The notes under the pieces are model-generated. The model saw nothing but the letters and a program-made list of their open reading frames with translations, did no database searches and was not told the DNA's origin. Both the position numbers and the translations under genes were made by a program. 64,000 nucleotides of DNA from an uncultured Methanosarcinaceae archaeon. Its GTDB lineage: Archaea; Halobacteriota; Methanosarcinia; Methanosarcinales; Methanosarcinaceae. The stretch is taken from assembly GCA_963847185.1 (NCBI GenBank), contig CAWJYV010000007.1, forward strand, positions 256,001-320,000. The letters run 5' to 3'. Shown here one piece after another: positions 9,896-19,513 of the stretch (position 1 is the stretch's first letter; every line of letters starts with the position of its first letter).

Positions 9896-11896
9896 TCAAA
9901 CAAACATTGTAAAGAGCACATAGGTCATTATCATCATACTGACGCTGTATTTCAGACCCATATACACTGAACCCTGTCCCATCTTCCCGGCAACGAGTCC
10001 GGAAGTGAAAGCCTGAATGAGAGCTGAGTGATACATTAGCATTGTGTATTCCTGTATATTGAAGGCTCCGTTCCCGATTCCTGCAGATGCTATTCCTTTA
10101 GAAGAACTGGTAAATGATGTGGTTTCAGGGAAGAAATAAATAGCCAGAATATAGACTATGAAAAGGAAAACAAAAAAAGCCACATAGATGGTGACAACAT
10201 AGACCACCATGTCTGAAGAACGCTCTTTTTTCATTTCTTCTTCGGTTTTAACCTGTTCAGCAATAATGGAAAGCACACTTTTAAGGTCGCTTGTAGATTC
10301 GTTTGCTTTTATGAGTATGTGAAGAACCCGACTTGAAGTTGCTGTTCTTATATTGTTTTCAAGTTTCGTGAGGGCTCTTGAAGTTGAAGTTCCCCAGGAG
10401 AGGTCTTCTTTTAGTTTTTTAAGTTCATTGGTAAGGATGCCCATTTTGGAATCTGCCATTATTTTTAAAGAATTTGTAAGCAGAATTCCGGATTGATTCA
10501 TGCTGTAAAGGTTCTTTAAAAAATCAGGCATTCTTTCGTCAATTTTTCGCATTCTCCAGGCTCTGATTTCATAAAAAATGATAAAGGGGATAAGGACAAT
10601 TATCATAAACATTACGAAATAATCATCTATTTCGCTGATGAACTGGACGCTGCTGTCACTTATATGGGCAAAATTCAAAACCAGATGGAAATTGAGATTA
10701 GGATTTTCTACAATATTTTTTGGAATATTGATGAGATAATATAGTCCCAAAGGAATTCCAAAGACAAAAGTATACCTTGGTTCTTCCCTGATAGTTTTGT
10801 ATGGATTTAACACCATATCTTTGATATTATTAAGCCGTCTGTTTAGAATGAATTTTTTATTTCTTCTAATTTCCTCTTCTTCTCTAAGCCCGGAATTGAT
10901 TTCAGGAATATCGGAAAAAGCTGTGTATAAGCCTGAAACGTCAGCTTTCCTGGGCTTCATCGAGAGTTCTCCTATGGTATCCAGAAGAACCAGGAATAAA
11001 AGAGTTGCAAGAGGTATAATTATATAAATAAGCAGATAAAGGATCTGAGCAGATGCCGGTCTGAGCAACTGCAGTACAACTAGGGTTGTCATTATGAAAA
11101 GAGGGCCGGCAACAAGTACTGTCACGTAGACTTCGGCAAGAACGTCGAGTCTTTTTAATAAGTTTTTGTTTGCCAGTTCTGCCATGCTTTGATATTGTTC
11201 TGATTTATTTTTTATGTACTCCACTATTGCTTTGCTGCTTGAAACAAGAATTAGTCCGTCAATGAAGTCCTTAAAAAGCTCAGAAGGAGTGCGTTCCTTG
11301 GCAGACTTGAGAGCACTAATAAAATCTTTTCCCAGGTAGTCCATATCCCTTACAATATAGGATATTTCCTCCGAGCTTGTGCCGAATATGTGAGTATACG
11401 TACTCAGGGACCTAAACACATCATAAATCGACATGCCTCCTTTGGTCAAAGCATACATGTAGGTTACTGATGAAAGCATGGATTTATCTATACAGGCGTG
11501 TCTGATGTCTGCCTGAAAATTAGGAAAAATACTCATCAGGCCAAAAACGGTCAGAAAACTAAGAACGAAAAATAAAAGGGAAATAGAAAATCCAAGTAAA
11601 TACAGGTGCTCTTCTACAAAACCGGCATTTGTAGAGTTTATAAAAAGGCTATGACGGGAAATAGGATCCCCAAAGGTTTTCAATCCCAGCCATGCGCCGA
11701 AAATTCCTCCTACAATGCCTGTAATTGTAGAATACATACAGGCAGAGGCAAGGTACTGGTCTATTGACATGGGAATGCGGGAATGGCGTATTTTTACCTT
11801 TAAATTCTGGAACTTCTCCCTCTTTTCATAAAAAAAAGTCCCGAAGATTCTGTACGCCAGTTCATCCACCGCATTATAAGTCATATTCCCTCTCAA
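9896..11896 (-). CDS. Type IV pilus / T2SS-F membrane platform protein (PilC/TadC/FlaJ-like, duplicated domain)
   Basis: Two T2SS-F-like domains (GKDFISALK..KERTPS; IDERMPDFL...SWGTS), many TM helices, FTSGLVAGKMGQG; overlaps pilB by 4 nt. Confidence 0.92.
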   Translation of the reverse strand: MRGNMTYNAVDELAYRIFGTFFYEKREKFQNLKVKIRHSRIPMSIDQYLASACMYSTITGIVGGIFGAWLGLKTFGDPISRHSLFINSTNAGFVEEHLYLLGFSISLLFFVLSFLTVFGLMSIFPNFQADIRHACIDKSMLSSVTYMYALTKGGMSIYDVFRSLSTYTHIFGTSSEEISYIVRDMDYLGKDFISALKSAKERTPSELFKDFIDGLILVSSSKAIVEYIKNKSEQYQSMAELANKNLLKRLDVLAEVYVTVLVAGPLFIMTTLVVLQLLRPASAQILYLLIYIIIPLATLLFLVLLDTIGELSMKPRKADVSGLYTAFSDIPEINSGLREEEEIRRNKKFILNRRLNNIKDMVLNPYKTIREEPRYTFVFGIPLGLYYLINIPKNIVENPNLNFHLVLNFAHISDSSVQFISEIDDYFVMFMIIVLIPFIIFYEIRAWRMRKIDERMPDFLKNLYSMNQSGILLTNSLKIMADSKMGILTNELKKLKEDLSWGTSTSRALTKLENNIRTATSSRVLHILIKANESTSDLKSVLSIIAEQVKTEEEMKKERSSDMVVYVVTIYVAFFVFLFIVYILAIYFFPETTSFTSSSKGIASAGIGNGAFNIQEYTMLMYHSALIQAFTSGLVAGKMGQGSVYMGLKYSVSMMIMTYVLFTMFV

Positions 11897-13614
11897 GCAG
11901 TCATATCCTGTATCATACCCTGTAAGGTGTCACTCTTTATAGAATCCATAATCATCTCGGGATAACTCTGATAGGTCTGGACTACAAGGGATACCTGGAT
12001 ATAGCTTCTCATACTCTTTTCAAACATGTAGGTCAGGATTTTCCTTCTATTTCCTATTTCTTTTCTCATTTGACCTGCATCCCATCCTTTTACATGCATG
12101 ATTTCCTGCATGATGTGGGAATCCCCTACTTTGATGAAAGAGTCCCCTGAAGGTTCCCAGTTGAAAAGTTCATTTATTCCAAGGTCTCCTGTTTCAGGAT
12201 CGACATTGAGGACTTCAACAAAGCTTCGGCTTCGCCTTACCCTTTTATCATTTATATACACCTGTTCCTGGATACAAAGTACATCCAGAGACTGCAGCAT
12301 TAATTGAGGCACATTAATGGGCTCATGTGTAAGCCTATTTATAACGGTCTGCACGTCTCCGGCATGCATGGTTGAGCTTGTCGCGTGCCCTGTTGACATT
12401 GCCTGAAAAAGAGTAAGGGCTTCATTACCTCTTACTTCCCCCACAATAATGAAATCCGGGCGCTGCCTGAGAGCAGCTCTCAAAAGATCATACATGGAAA
12501 CCTCACCCGTCGAGTCGGAGGCAAAACTCTCTCTTGCAATCCCTGAAACCCAATTGTTATGGTAGAGCAAAAGTTCTCTTGTGTCTTCAATAGAGACTAT
12601 TTTGGCTGTGGAAGGCATGAATAAAGATGTAGCGTTGAGCATAGATGTTTTCCCTGAAGCTGTCCCACCTGCAAAAAGAATATTATAACCATTTTCGATG
12701 ACTAACCAGAGATATACGAGCATTTCCAGGTCACATGTCTTAAAACCAAGGAGATCTATGGGCGTTATAGGGTCCTTCCTGAATTTGCGGATGGTAAAAG
12801 AGCTGCCTCTCGGAGTGATATCTCTCCCTAAAATAGCCTGAAGCCGTGAACCATCCTCAATTGTTGCATCTACTATTGGTTGGCTGACGGATATGTGTTT
12901 ATTATTTAATTGACACATTTTGATTACAAACGAATCAAGTTCCTCTTCTTTAAAGGAAATATTACTTTCAATATTGAGATATTTTGTATGATACACGTAA
13001 ACAGGAATTTCTACTCCGTCACATGAAATATCTTCTATATAAGGGTCATAAAGAAGGGGGTTAATTTTATCGTAACCTAATAGGTTTCTTCTAAGGTAAT
13101 ATATAATTTTATGAGTCGAGGATGCTGAAATTTCGGCCTTGTATCGGTCAAGAAGGAAAATGGTCTTATCTATTAGAAGAGTGTTTTTTTCGAGTTTCGA
13201 AGTTGTGGGGTTTAGAACCAGAATGTCCTGAAGGTCTTCATAAACTCTTTCTATCAACTCTTTTTCATACTTTGTGAGTGCAGGTTCAACAAGTTTGTAG
13301 TATTTTGTCCTTCTATCTTCCAGAACTGCTGCAAAAGTGTAAGGTTCTTGAAGCCAGTACCTTTCGATCTCTTGTAACCCTTCAGGTACTATAAACTCTA
13401 TGAGTGGCGCATCTTTTTCCTGGTCATAAGCCGGTAGAGTCCGCAGAGGTTTGTCAAAGTAATTTCTAGCTTTTTTTACAATTTCTGAAATGGAGCTATT
13501 GTCCCCCTTTTTTCCTAATAACTCCAAGATAAAGTTTTTTTTAGCTAGTGTTTCTTTTACTTCATCCATACGCTCGCCTTCAGGTTTCTCCTTAGTCATA
13601 TAAGAATTATACAT
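11893..13614 (-). CDS. Type IV pilus assembly ATPase (PilB/FlaI/VirB11 family)
   Basis: DPYIEDISCDG, Walker A GGTASGKT, SIEDTREL, ALRQRPDFIIVGEVRG, AMSTGH. Confidence 0.95.
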   Translation of the reverse strand: MYNSYMTKEKPEGERMDEVKETLAKKNFILELLGKKGDNSSISEIVKKARNYFDKPLRTLPAYDQEKDAPLIEFIVPEGLQEIERYWLQEPYTFAAVLEDRRTKYYKLVEPALTKYEKELIERVYEDLQDILVLNPTTSKLEKNTLLIDKTIFLLDRYKAEISASSTHKIIYYLRRNLLGYDKINPLLYDPYIEDISCDGVEIPVYVYHTKYLNIESNISFKEEELDSFVIKMCQLNNKHISVSQPIVDATIEDGSRLQAILGRDITPRGSSFTIRKFRKDPITPIDLLGFKTCDLEMLVYLWLVIENGYNILFAGGTASGKTSMLNATSLFMPSTAKIVSIEDTRELLLYHNNWVSGIARESFASDSTGEVSMYDLLRAALRQRPDFIIVGEVRGNEALTLFQAMSTGHATSSTMHAGDVQTVINRLTHEPINVPQLMLQSLDVLCIQEQVYINDKRVRRSRSFVEVLNVDPETGDLGINELFNWEPSGDSFIKVGDSHIMQEIMHVKGWDAGQMRKEIGNRRKILTYMFEKSMRSYIQVSLVVQTYQSYPEMIMDSIKSDTLQGMIQDMTA

Positions 13615-13929
13615 TATAAAAACTTTGTACCAAAAAGCCCAGTAAATAAATAAATTATAATAGCAGTTATAATAATAAATATGCTTTATCTAGCTTTCTA
13701 TGGATTTAAATTGGCTTTTCCAATGAAATCTGTTGCATTTTATTCATTCGCTAATTGTAAAATATTTTATTTATAACTACATTAATTATGTAAATCAGTC
13801 TTGGTTCACATATCTCGGTTCAAATCGGGAAGCTTCAAATTATTAATGAAAAATTTCATTTGAGTTAAGGCAGCACATTCTCCCTAACTTGTTCTCTCCT
13901 TTTTTGATGTTAAAAAAGACTACTAAATT

Positions 13930-14646
13930 TTATTTTATTTTGATTCCTGAAGGGGTGATTTCAAAGAAAACTTTTTCTTCGGGAAGGTTTACAGCTCTCA
14001 TTTTTATCACTGAAAGATACCTTATAAATTTTCCATTTTTATGATCTTCTTCAAATTTCAGCTCTATTTTCCCGAAGACGAGATAATCTGCAAAACCTTG
14101 ATGCTGTTTATGGGCACGGTCATCCATGAGGATGAGAGAGGTGCATCCATGTTTTGCCAGAATACTGTATATCACATCAAACTTGCTAAGAGCCTCGTTA
14201 CCCACACAACTCTGTGTCCTTGTTAAAGCTCCAAGGCTGTCCAGTACTATTACATCTACATTCTTTGAAAGATCTTTCACACGACCAATGCAATCTTTTT
14301 CAGCGATCTCAAGCCCTTTCCCAAGACGGGAAGAAAGAAGAGTTTCCTGAATCCGGCTCTGAAATATATTTTCTATTGAAAGAAGGTTGGACTCAATAAA
14401 AGGTTCAAGATCCATTCCTATAGATTTTGACTGAAGGAGAAAATCTTCCAAAAGAGTCCTTGTAAGGATCAACAGCCCACTTTTCCCTGAGGAGCAGTTT
14501 TTGTACAGAAAATGTATCCCCATTATTGTCTTTCCTGAACCAGTTGGCCCTGTAATAAGAACACCTTTTCCTTTAGGATAACCACCGCCTAGAAGTGAGT
14601 CAACGTACTCTATCCCACTCGTTACTCGTTCCATATTTATCCTCAA
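13930..14646 (-). CDS. KaiC/RAD55/FlaH-like single-domain ATPase
   Basis: RVTSGIEYVDSLLGGGYP, Walker A GPTGSGKT, Walker B VIVLDS, RYLSVIKMR, FEITPSGIKI. Confidence 0.88.
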   Translation of the reverse strand: MRINMERVTSGIEYVDSLLGGGYPKGKGVLITGPTGSGKTIMGIHFLYKNCSSGKSGLLILTRTLLEDFLLQSKSIGMDLEPFIESNLLSIENIFQSRIQETLLSSRLGKGLEIAEKDCIGRVKDLSKNVDVIVLDSLGALTRTQSCVGNEALSKFDVIYSILAKHGCTSLILMDDRAHKQHQGFADYLVFGKIELKFEEDHKNGKFIRYLSVIKMRAVNLPEEKVFFEITPSGIKIK

Positions 14647-14897
14647 GAAATTTTTGGTCTTTTTGAAACCTGAGCTTTTTATTTACATGTTATATATTTT
14701 CATGTATTTATAACAAGCACAAAAAAATAGGAAAGTATGGTTAAAATTGATGGATTGAGTATATCAAAAATTATAATATCTAATTATAGTATAAATTTGT
14801 AATAATAAATTATAATAAGAAGATAATATCTTAACTTATTCACAGTTTTTTAGACATTTTAGAGTTTTTTAGGGACTTTCAGGGTTTTAGGCTTTTT

Positions 14898-16079
14898 TCA
14901 GGAAACAAGCGCTTTGAGTCCCGCAACTGCGTTCACCAGTATCTCCACTTCTTCTTCTGTATTATATAGTGCAAAAGAAGCCCTTGCAGTACTTTCAACT
15001 TTCAGGAAACGGGTAATCGGGATTGCACAGTGATGACCGCTTCGGATACATATTTTTTTTGTCTGGTCAAGGATCAGGGCAACGTCATGGGCATGCAACC
15101 CTTTTACATTGAAGGGTACAATTCCTGTTCTGTCCTCAGGTCCGTAAACTTCCACATGCTCAAGTTCAGAGAGCCTTTTTGCAGCCTCCTTTGAGAGTCT
15201 TATTTCGTGCCTTTCAATTTCTGAAACCCCTATTTTCTCCAAATATTTTACTGCTTTCCCCAACCCTATTACACCTGGAATATTTGGGGTGCCTGCTTCA
15301 AAACAGGCTGGAGAAGGTTCCAGCACGTAGGTAAGCCCAGAGACATCCGAAACAGTCCCTCCTCCTAATGAGGCACTTTCAAGCGTTTCGGGTTCCTTAA
15401 TATACAATACTCCAGTACCCTGCGGCCCAAGCAGGCCTTTGTGTCCCGCAGTTGCAAAAAAATCACAATTGAGGTCCTTGATGTCTACTGGCATATGTCC
15501 GGCAGATTGAGCTCCATCAATCAAGACTTTTATGCCATTTCTGTGGGCAAGTTTTGTTATGCTTTTTACGTCCTGAACAGATCCGAAAACATTAGAAATG
15601 TGAGTTACGGCAACCAGTTTTGTCTCTTCAGTGAAAGCATTTTCTATCAGGGAAGTATCAATTCTGCCCTCGCTGTCCGGACTTACAACCGTAACATTTA
15701 CCCCCTTCTTCTGCAAGCGCAGCCAGGGCAGGAGATTTGAATGGTGTTCGAGCAGAGTTGTAACAATGTGGTCTCCTGCTTCCCAGGGATAACTATTTGC
15801 AATAAGGTTGATTCCTTCAGTCGTATTTTTTGTAAAAACGGTCTTTGAAGGCTCTGCGTTTAGAAAACGAGCAACAGTTTCCCTTGCGTCTTCATAGCGG
15901 TTAGTGGTCTCCCGGGCCAGACGATGTGCTCCTCTCCCGTGATTGCCGGCATACCTGTAAAAATATTCTACCATGGCTTCAACTGCAGGTACAGGAGTCT
16001 GAGTAGTCGCTGTGCTGTCAAGGTACACAACTTCTTTTAAAACGGGAAAATCCTCACGGACCGCATATACATTGTACAT
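14898..16079 (-). CDS. Cysteine desulfurase, SufS/CsdA-type (class II)
   Basis: VYLDSTAT, EHHSNLLPW, DGAQSAGH, GHKGLLGPQG (PLP Lys), RSGHHCA catalytic Cys. Confidence 0.93.
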   Translation of the reverse strand: MYNVYAVREDFPVLKEVVYLDSTATTQTPVPAVEAMVEYFYRYAGNHGRGAHRLARETTNRYEDARETVARFLNAEPSKTVFTKNTTEGINLIANSYPWEAGDHIVTTLLEHHSNLLPWLRLQKKGVNVTVVSPDSEGRIDTSLIENAFTEETKLVAVTHISNVFGSVQDVKSITKLAHRNGIKVLIDGAQSAGHMPVDIKDLNCDFFATAGHKGLLGPQGTGVLYIKEPETLESASLGGGTVSDVSGLTYVLEPSPACFEAGTPNIPGVIGLGKAVKYLEKIGVSEIERHEIRLSKEAAKRLSELEHVEVYGPEDRTGIVPFNVKGLHAHDVALILDQTKKICIRSGHHCAIPITRFLKVESTARASFALYNTEEEVEILVNAVAGLKALVS

Positions 16080-16127
16080 ACTTCTTTTTTAAGAACGAGA
16101 AATAAAAAAAGGTTTTGCAGGTTATTT

Positions 16128-16286
16128 TTATTTGCCCTGCATTCCGCCTATCATATAGCGGTAAAGGTCTAATTCTTCTGAGTCCAAGCTGTCAGTACAG
16201 CCTTTTTCAACGGTGTGATACCGGTTTTTGTCGCATTTATATTCATATTCGTTTCTTTTTCTGTATTCATGATGTAGTTCGCTCAT
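16128..16286 (-). CDS. Small hypothetical protein, 52 aa (below ORF-track cutoff)
   Basis: Manual translation MSELHHEYRKRNEYEYKCDKNRYHTVEKGCTDSLDSEELDLYRYMIGGMQGK*; AGGAGG RBS 6 nt before ATG. Confidence 0.65.
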   Translation of the reverse strand: MSELHHEYRKRNEYEYKCDKNRYHTVEKGCTDSLDSEELDLYRYMIGGMQGK

Positions 16287-17244
16287 GATTTTCCTCCTGT
16301 CTCTTCAACATTTGCGCTCACTTGCGGGTTTGAATCTCAGCCCTTCTGGATGTTCTGGACATTCTCCTGCATTCAGATTAAATTTCCAGTTTTTTCTAAC
16401 ACAGGTCGCTGAGTAAAGGTTAGAGTTTCTTATTTTTTTAGGATTTCTAACGTGAAATCCAAAAACTCTTAATCCTTCAGGATATGAATTCCTGCTTTCA
16501 GGTTAGCGTTTCCGATCTTTTGGATGGGAGCCCTAAAATACAGGTTCGAATTCTAAGTCCTTTGGGTTACAAACCCCACAAACAGCGCGACAAGCGTTGT
16601 TCTTACCCACAACAATGTATTAATTGTCCATTGTATTATATATTTGTTCCGGAAAATTTTTTTGAATTTACATAACTCTGGATATATTCTATTCTCTCTC
16701 TTTTTTCACTGATTATCTCAGGCTTGCCAAAATATTCAGTTATACGGAATGGAAAGACGTTCCATTAACAATAGAAACCCATGTGATATGGGTTTTAGAG
16801 GTTTTCTTCTCTGTTGTTTTTTTCATCTTCCGGGTCTCCTTTCTTAATTTGTAATTCTATAACTCTAATTTTGTAGTTCTTCCTTTCAATAGGAAATCGG
16901 TAACCTATTACCTACTTTCAAGTATATATAATTTTCTGCAATATGTGTTATCAGGAAAAGTTCCAAAGACAACTAAAACTAACTGTAAAACTAACCGCAA
17001 AAAAATTGTTCAATTCTGCCAGTTAGTATTCTACAAGAATTTTTAACGTTTTCTGAACAAAACGGCATTAATAGAAATTACGTACTTGAAATAAAAAATT
17101 AAGCAATAGGTTTCCTGATTACATATTCTTATGAGATTGAAGTAATCATCTCAGTTTAAATCGCGCAAATCTATCTATCAAATCTCTTGGCAAGCTCCCT
17201 GGAGCAAGCCACAGGTTTTGATCTCAGGAAGCCAAGCTCAAATT

Positions 17245-17781
17245 TTATCTTTTAACTTCCAGATTTGTCATAAGCCCCGACAAATTAGCCGGAATTGCTC
17301 CTATTGCAGTGCAGGTCTCAAGGGAAAGCCCTTTACAGGTAATGTCCAGATGGTATTTCCCTCGCTCGAAGAGCTCCTTGGGAAGCCCTTTGTGTCCAAG
17401 TCCTACAAGGAAGAGAAATGAACGTTTGCGGAGGGCTTCTTCAGCAATTTCTACAGGCATAACCTGCCTTTTTGGGTCAGGTTTTGAAGTGGTAATTACT
17501 ATTTCTCCAAAATGGGACGGAAACCCTTTCTTCGGGAGGTCTGATACAGACAGGTGGTTTTTTTCGTATAGAATTTTAAGATAACTTCCCGATTCCCCTA
17601 TAGTGGTTTTTTCCATAACAAAAGCCACCAGTTCTTCTGCAGTCATTTTGAAAGGAAAATCATACAGGGCAAGATGGAATCCGAAAGCATGGCAGATTGG
17701 GGCAGCTCTGGCAATGGCACGGTAGTGCGCATCGAGAACCTTGATCTTATCGTAGGTGTTTACTATCCCAAGGGTAAGCAT
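17245..17781 (-). CDS. DUF531 family protein (predicted SPOUT-like RNA methylase)
   Basis: MLTLGIVNTYD, AHYRAIARAAPIC, GLGHKGLP, YHLDIT..GLSLETCTAIG. Confidence 0.8.
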   Translation of the reverse strand: MLTLGIVNTYDKIKVLDAHYRAIARAAPICHAFGFHLALYDFPFKMTAEELVAFVMEKTTIGESGSYLKILYEKNHLSVSDLPKKGFPSHFGEIVITTSKPDPKRQVMPVEIAEEALRKRSFLFLVGLGHKGLPKELFERGKYHLDITCKGLSLETCTAIGAIPANLSGLMTNLEVKR

Positions 17782-18019
17782 AAACTGCTTCATTATCTTT
17801 TTCTTAAAATAATGTTTCGTCAATTTTTAAGAGTCTGTTTAAAGCTCAGGTCACGTTCATGTTTTACAGTCAGATTTTTAATTTCACAGACTTATCCAGA
17901 TATCTTGCGGAAAACTTAATTCTCTATTGTCGCGCCAATCCTCAACGATTCAACAATTCCGAATAATTGTAACCGTTTTTATACAATATTTTGCTGTTGA
18001 CGAGACACTGGTCACAAAC

Positions 18020-18463
18020 TCAATATTTATGAGAATGCCTCATCGCATGTTGCGTGCACTTATCAATATGTTCACAATTTTTACAATCGTCCCAGAGCGA
18101 TAATTTTTCCGAGCTCTCAATTGCAGTAAAACCCAGTTTTTCAAAAAAGCCAGGTGAAGTAGTCCTGACATACAGGTCGCATGCCGGGTCTTCAATTGTT
18201 GTAAGAAGATATTTTATAAGCCTGGTTCCTATCTCCTTTCCCCGATAATTCGGGTGAACTGCAATGGAATGAATTTCCAGAAATTTTTTCCCATGGAATT
18301 CGCATTTTATAAGGGCGGCACAGCCCACCATTTTTCCATCTATTTCAGCCAGCACGAAGTCTTCTGGTCGAAGCTCTTCCATGTCAAGAAAGTAAGTAGA
18401 TAAGAGCTTCTGAATTCCCAGAAGATCTGATTTTTTGGCTCTTCGGATAAAAATTTCTGTCAT
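18020..18463 (-). CDS. GNAT N-acetyltransferase (short ArgA-like type with Cys-rich C-terminus)
   Basis: EIHSIAVHPNYRGKEIG, FFEKLGF, WDDCKNCEHIDKC. Confidence 0.85.
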   Translation of the reverse strand: MTEIFIRRAKKSDLLGIQKLLSTYFLDMEELRPEDFVLAEIDGKMVGCAALIKCEFHGKKFLEIHSIAVHPNYRGKEIGTRLIKYLLTTIEDPACDLYVRTTSPGFFEKLGFTAIESSEKLSLWDDCKNCEHIDKCTQHAMRHSHKY

Positions 18464-18493
18464 GGCTTTTAGTAATTAGCTTCTTTCAGCTCA

Positions 18494-19312
18494 TCAGATT
18501 TTCTTCTGGAGATGAGGTTCATCCATGCTCCCACTCCTAAAACCTTCCAGGTCCAGGGTTATATAATCAAAACCCAGAAGTTTGAGGTGTCTGGAAATTT
18601 TTTCTCTTTTCCTGAAAGCATCTTCGATCTCTTCCTGAATCATTTCTATTCTGGCCAGGTTCTCATGCATCCGAATTCTGAATTGAGTAAACCCAAGAGA
18701 AAAAAGATAATCTTCGGCTTTTTCGATTTTCTGGAGAGCTTCGGAAGTTATGGGTTGTCCATAGGGAATACGTGTGGCAAGGCAGGCTGCAGATGGCCTG
18801 TTGGCCGCTGAGAGGGAGAGGTTAGAAGCAATCTCTCTAATTTCCTCTTTTGTTATATTCAATTCCGCAAAAGGAGAAAAAACCTTTTCGCCAGCTTCCT
18901 TTATTGCTCTGTATCCCGGACGGTTTTCTCCTCTTATTTCAGAGGCGTTTGTACCTTCAAGCACTGAATTATATCCATTTTTCTCAGCGAAATCTATCAG
19001 GATTTCAAGCAGGGCTTTTTTACAGAAATAGCATCTATTTATTGTATTTGCAGCAAAATAAGGAAGGCTCATCTGGGAGAAGGGGATAGCTTTATGTTGA
19101 ATTCCGATTTCACAGGCTGTTTTAGCTGCTGTTTCAAGCTGCTGCCTGGGAAAAAGTGGAGAATCTATTGTTACAGCAATTGCTTTTTCTCCCAGTACTT
19201 CAAAGGCAAGGGCTGCCAGGGTTGCACTGTCTACTCCTCCTGAAAATGCAACGACTACACTTTCTCTGGCTTTTATAGCCTCTTTTATCATCCCTATCTT
19301 TTCAATGGCCAT
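18494..19312 (-). CDS. larE: LarE-family ATP-dependent sulfur transferase
   Basis: PP-loop AFSGGVDS, RCYFCK, EGTNA...RPG, SAACLATRIPYG, LDLEGFRSGSM. Confidence 0.88.
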   Translation of the reverse strand: MAIEKIGMIKEAIKARESVVVAFSGGVDSATLAALAFEVLGEKAIAVTIDSPLFPRQQLETAAKTACEIGIQHKAIPFSQMSLPYFAANTINRCYFCKKALLEILIDFAEKNGYNSVLEGTNASEIRGENRPGYRAIKEAGEKVFSPFAELNITKEEIREIASNLSLSAANRPSAACLATRIPYGQPITSEALQKIEKAEDYLFSLGFTQFRIRMHENLARIEMIQEEIEDAFRKREKISRHLKLLGFDYITLDLEGFRSGSMDEPHLQKKI

Positions 19313-19513
19313 TAATTATGAATTTTCAGCTAATAAGATATATGTATTTGCCAGCCATATAGTCAGACGTTTCACACAAGTTAAAAAATGAGAGAATTCG
19401 CACTTAATTCTCTTGAGTTATATGATTTCCAATTTAATTTCCTAAATGTTAATTCTTGTTTAAATCTTCTGAATAAGATAATTTTTACTTACTTACAAAG
19501 ATGGAGACTTTAT

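Noticed and set aside
9896-14646. Archaellum (flaH-flaI-flaJ) operon
   Set aside because: Gene order is similar, but there are no archaellins, FlaC-G or chemotaxis genes, and the associated subunits are DUF1628-type pilins.
16748-16965. Possible NrpR operators
   Set aside because: Spacings are GGAA-N5-TTCC and GGAA-N3-TTCC, not the GGAA-N6-TTCC consensus.
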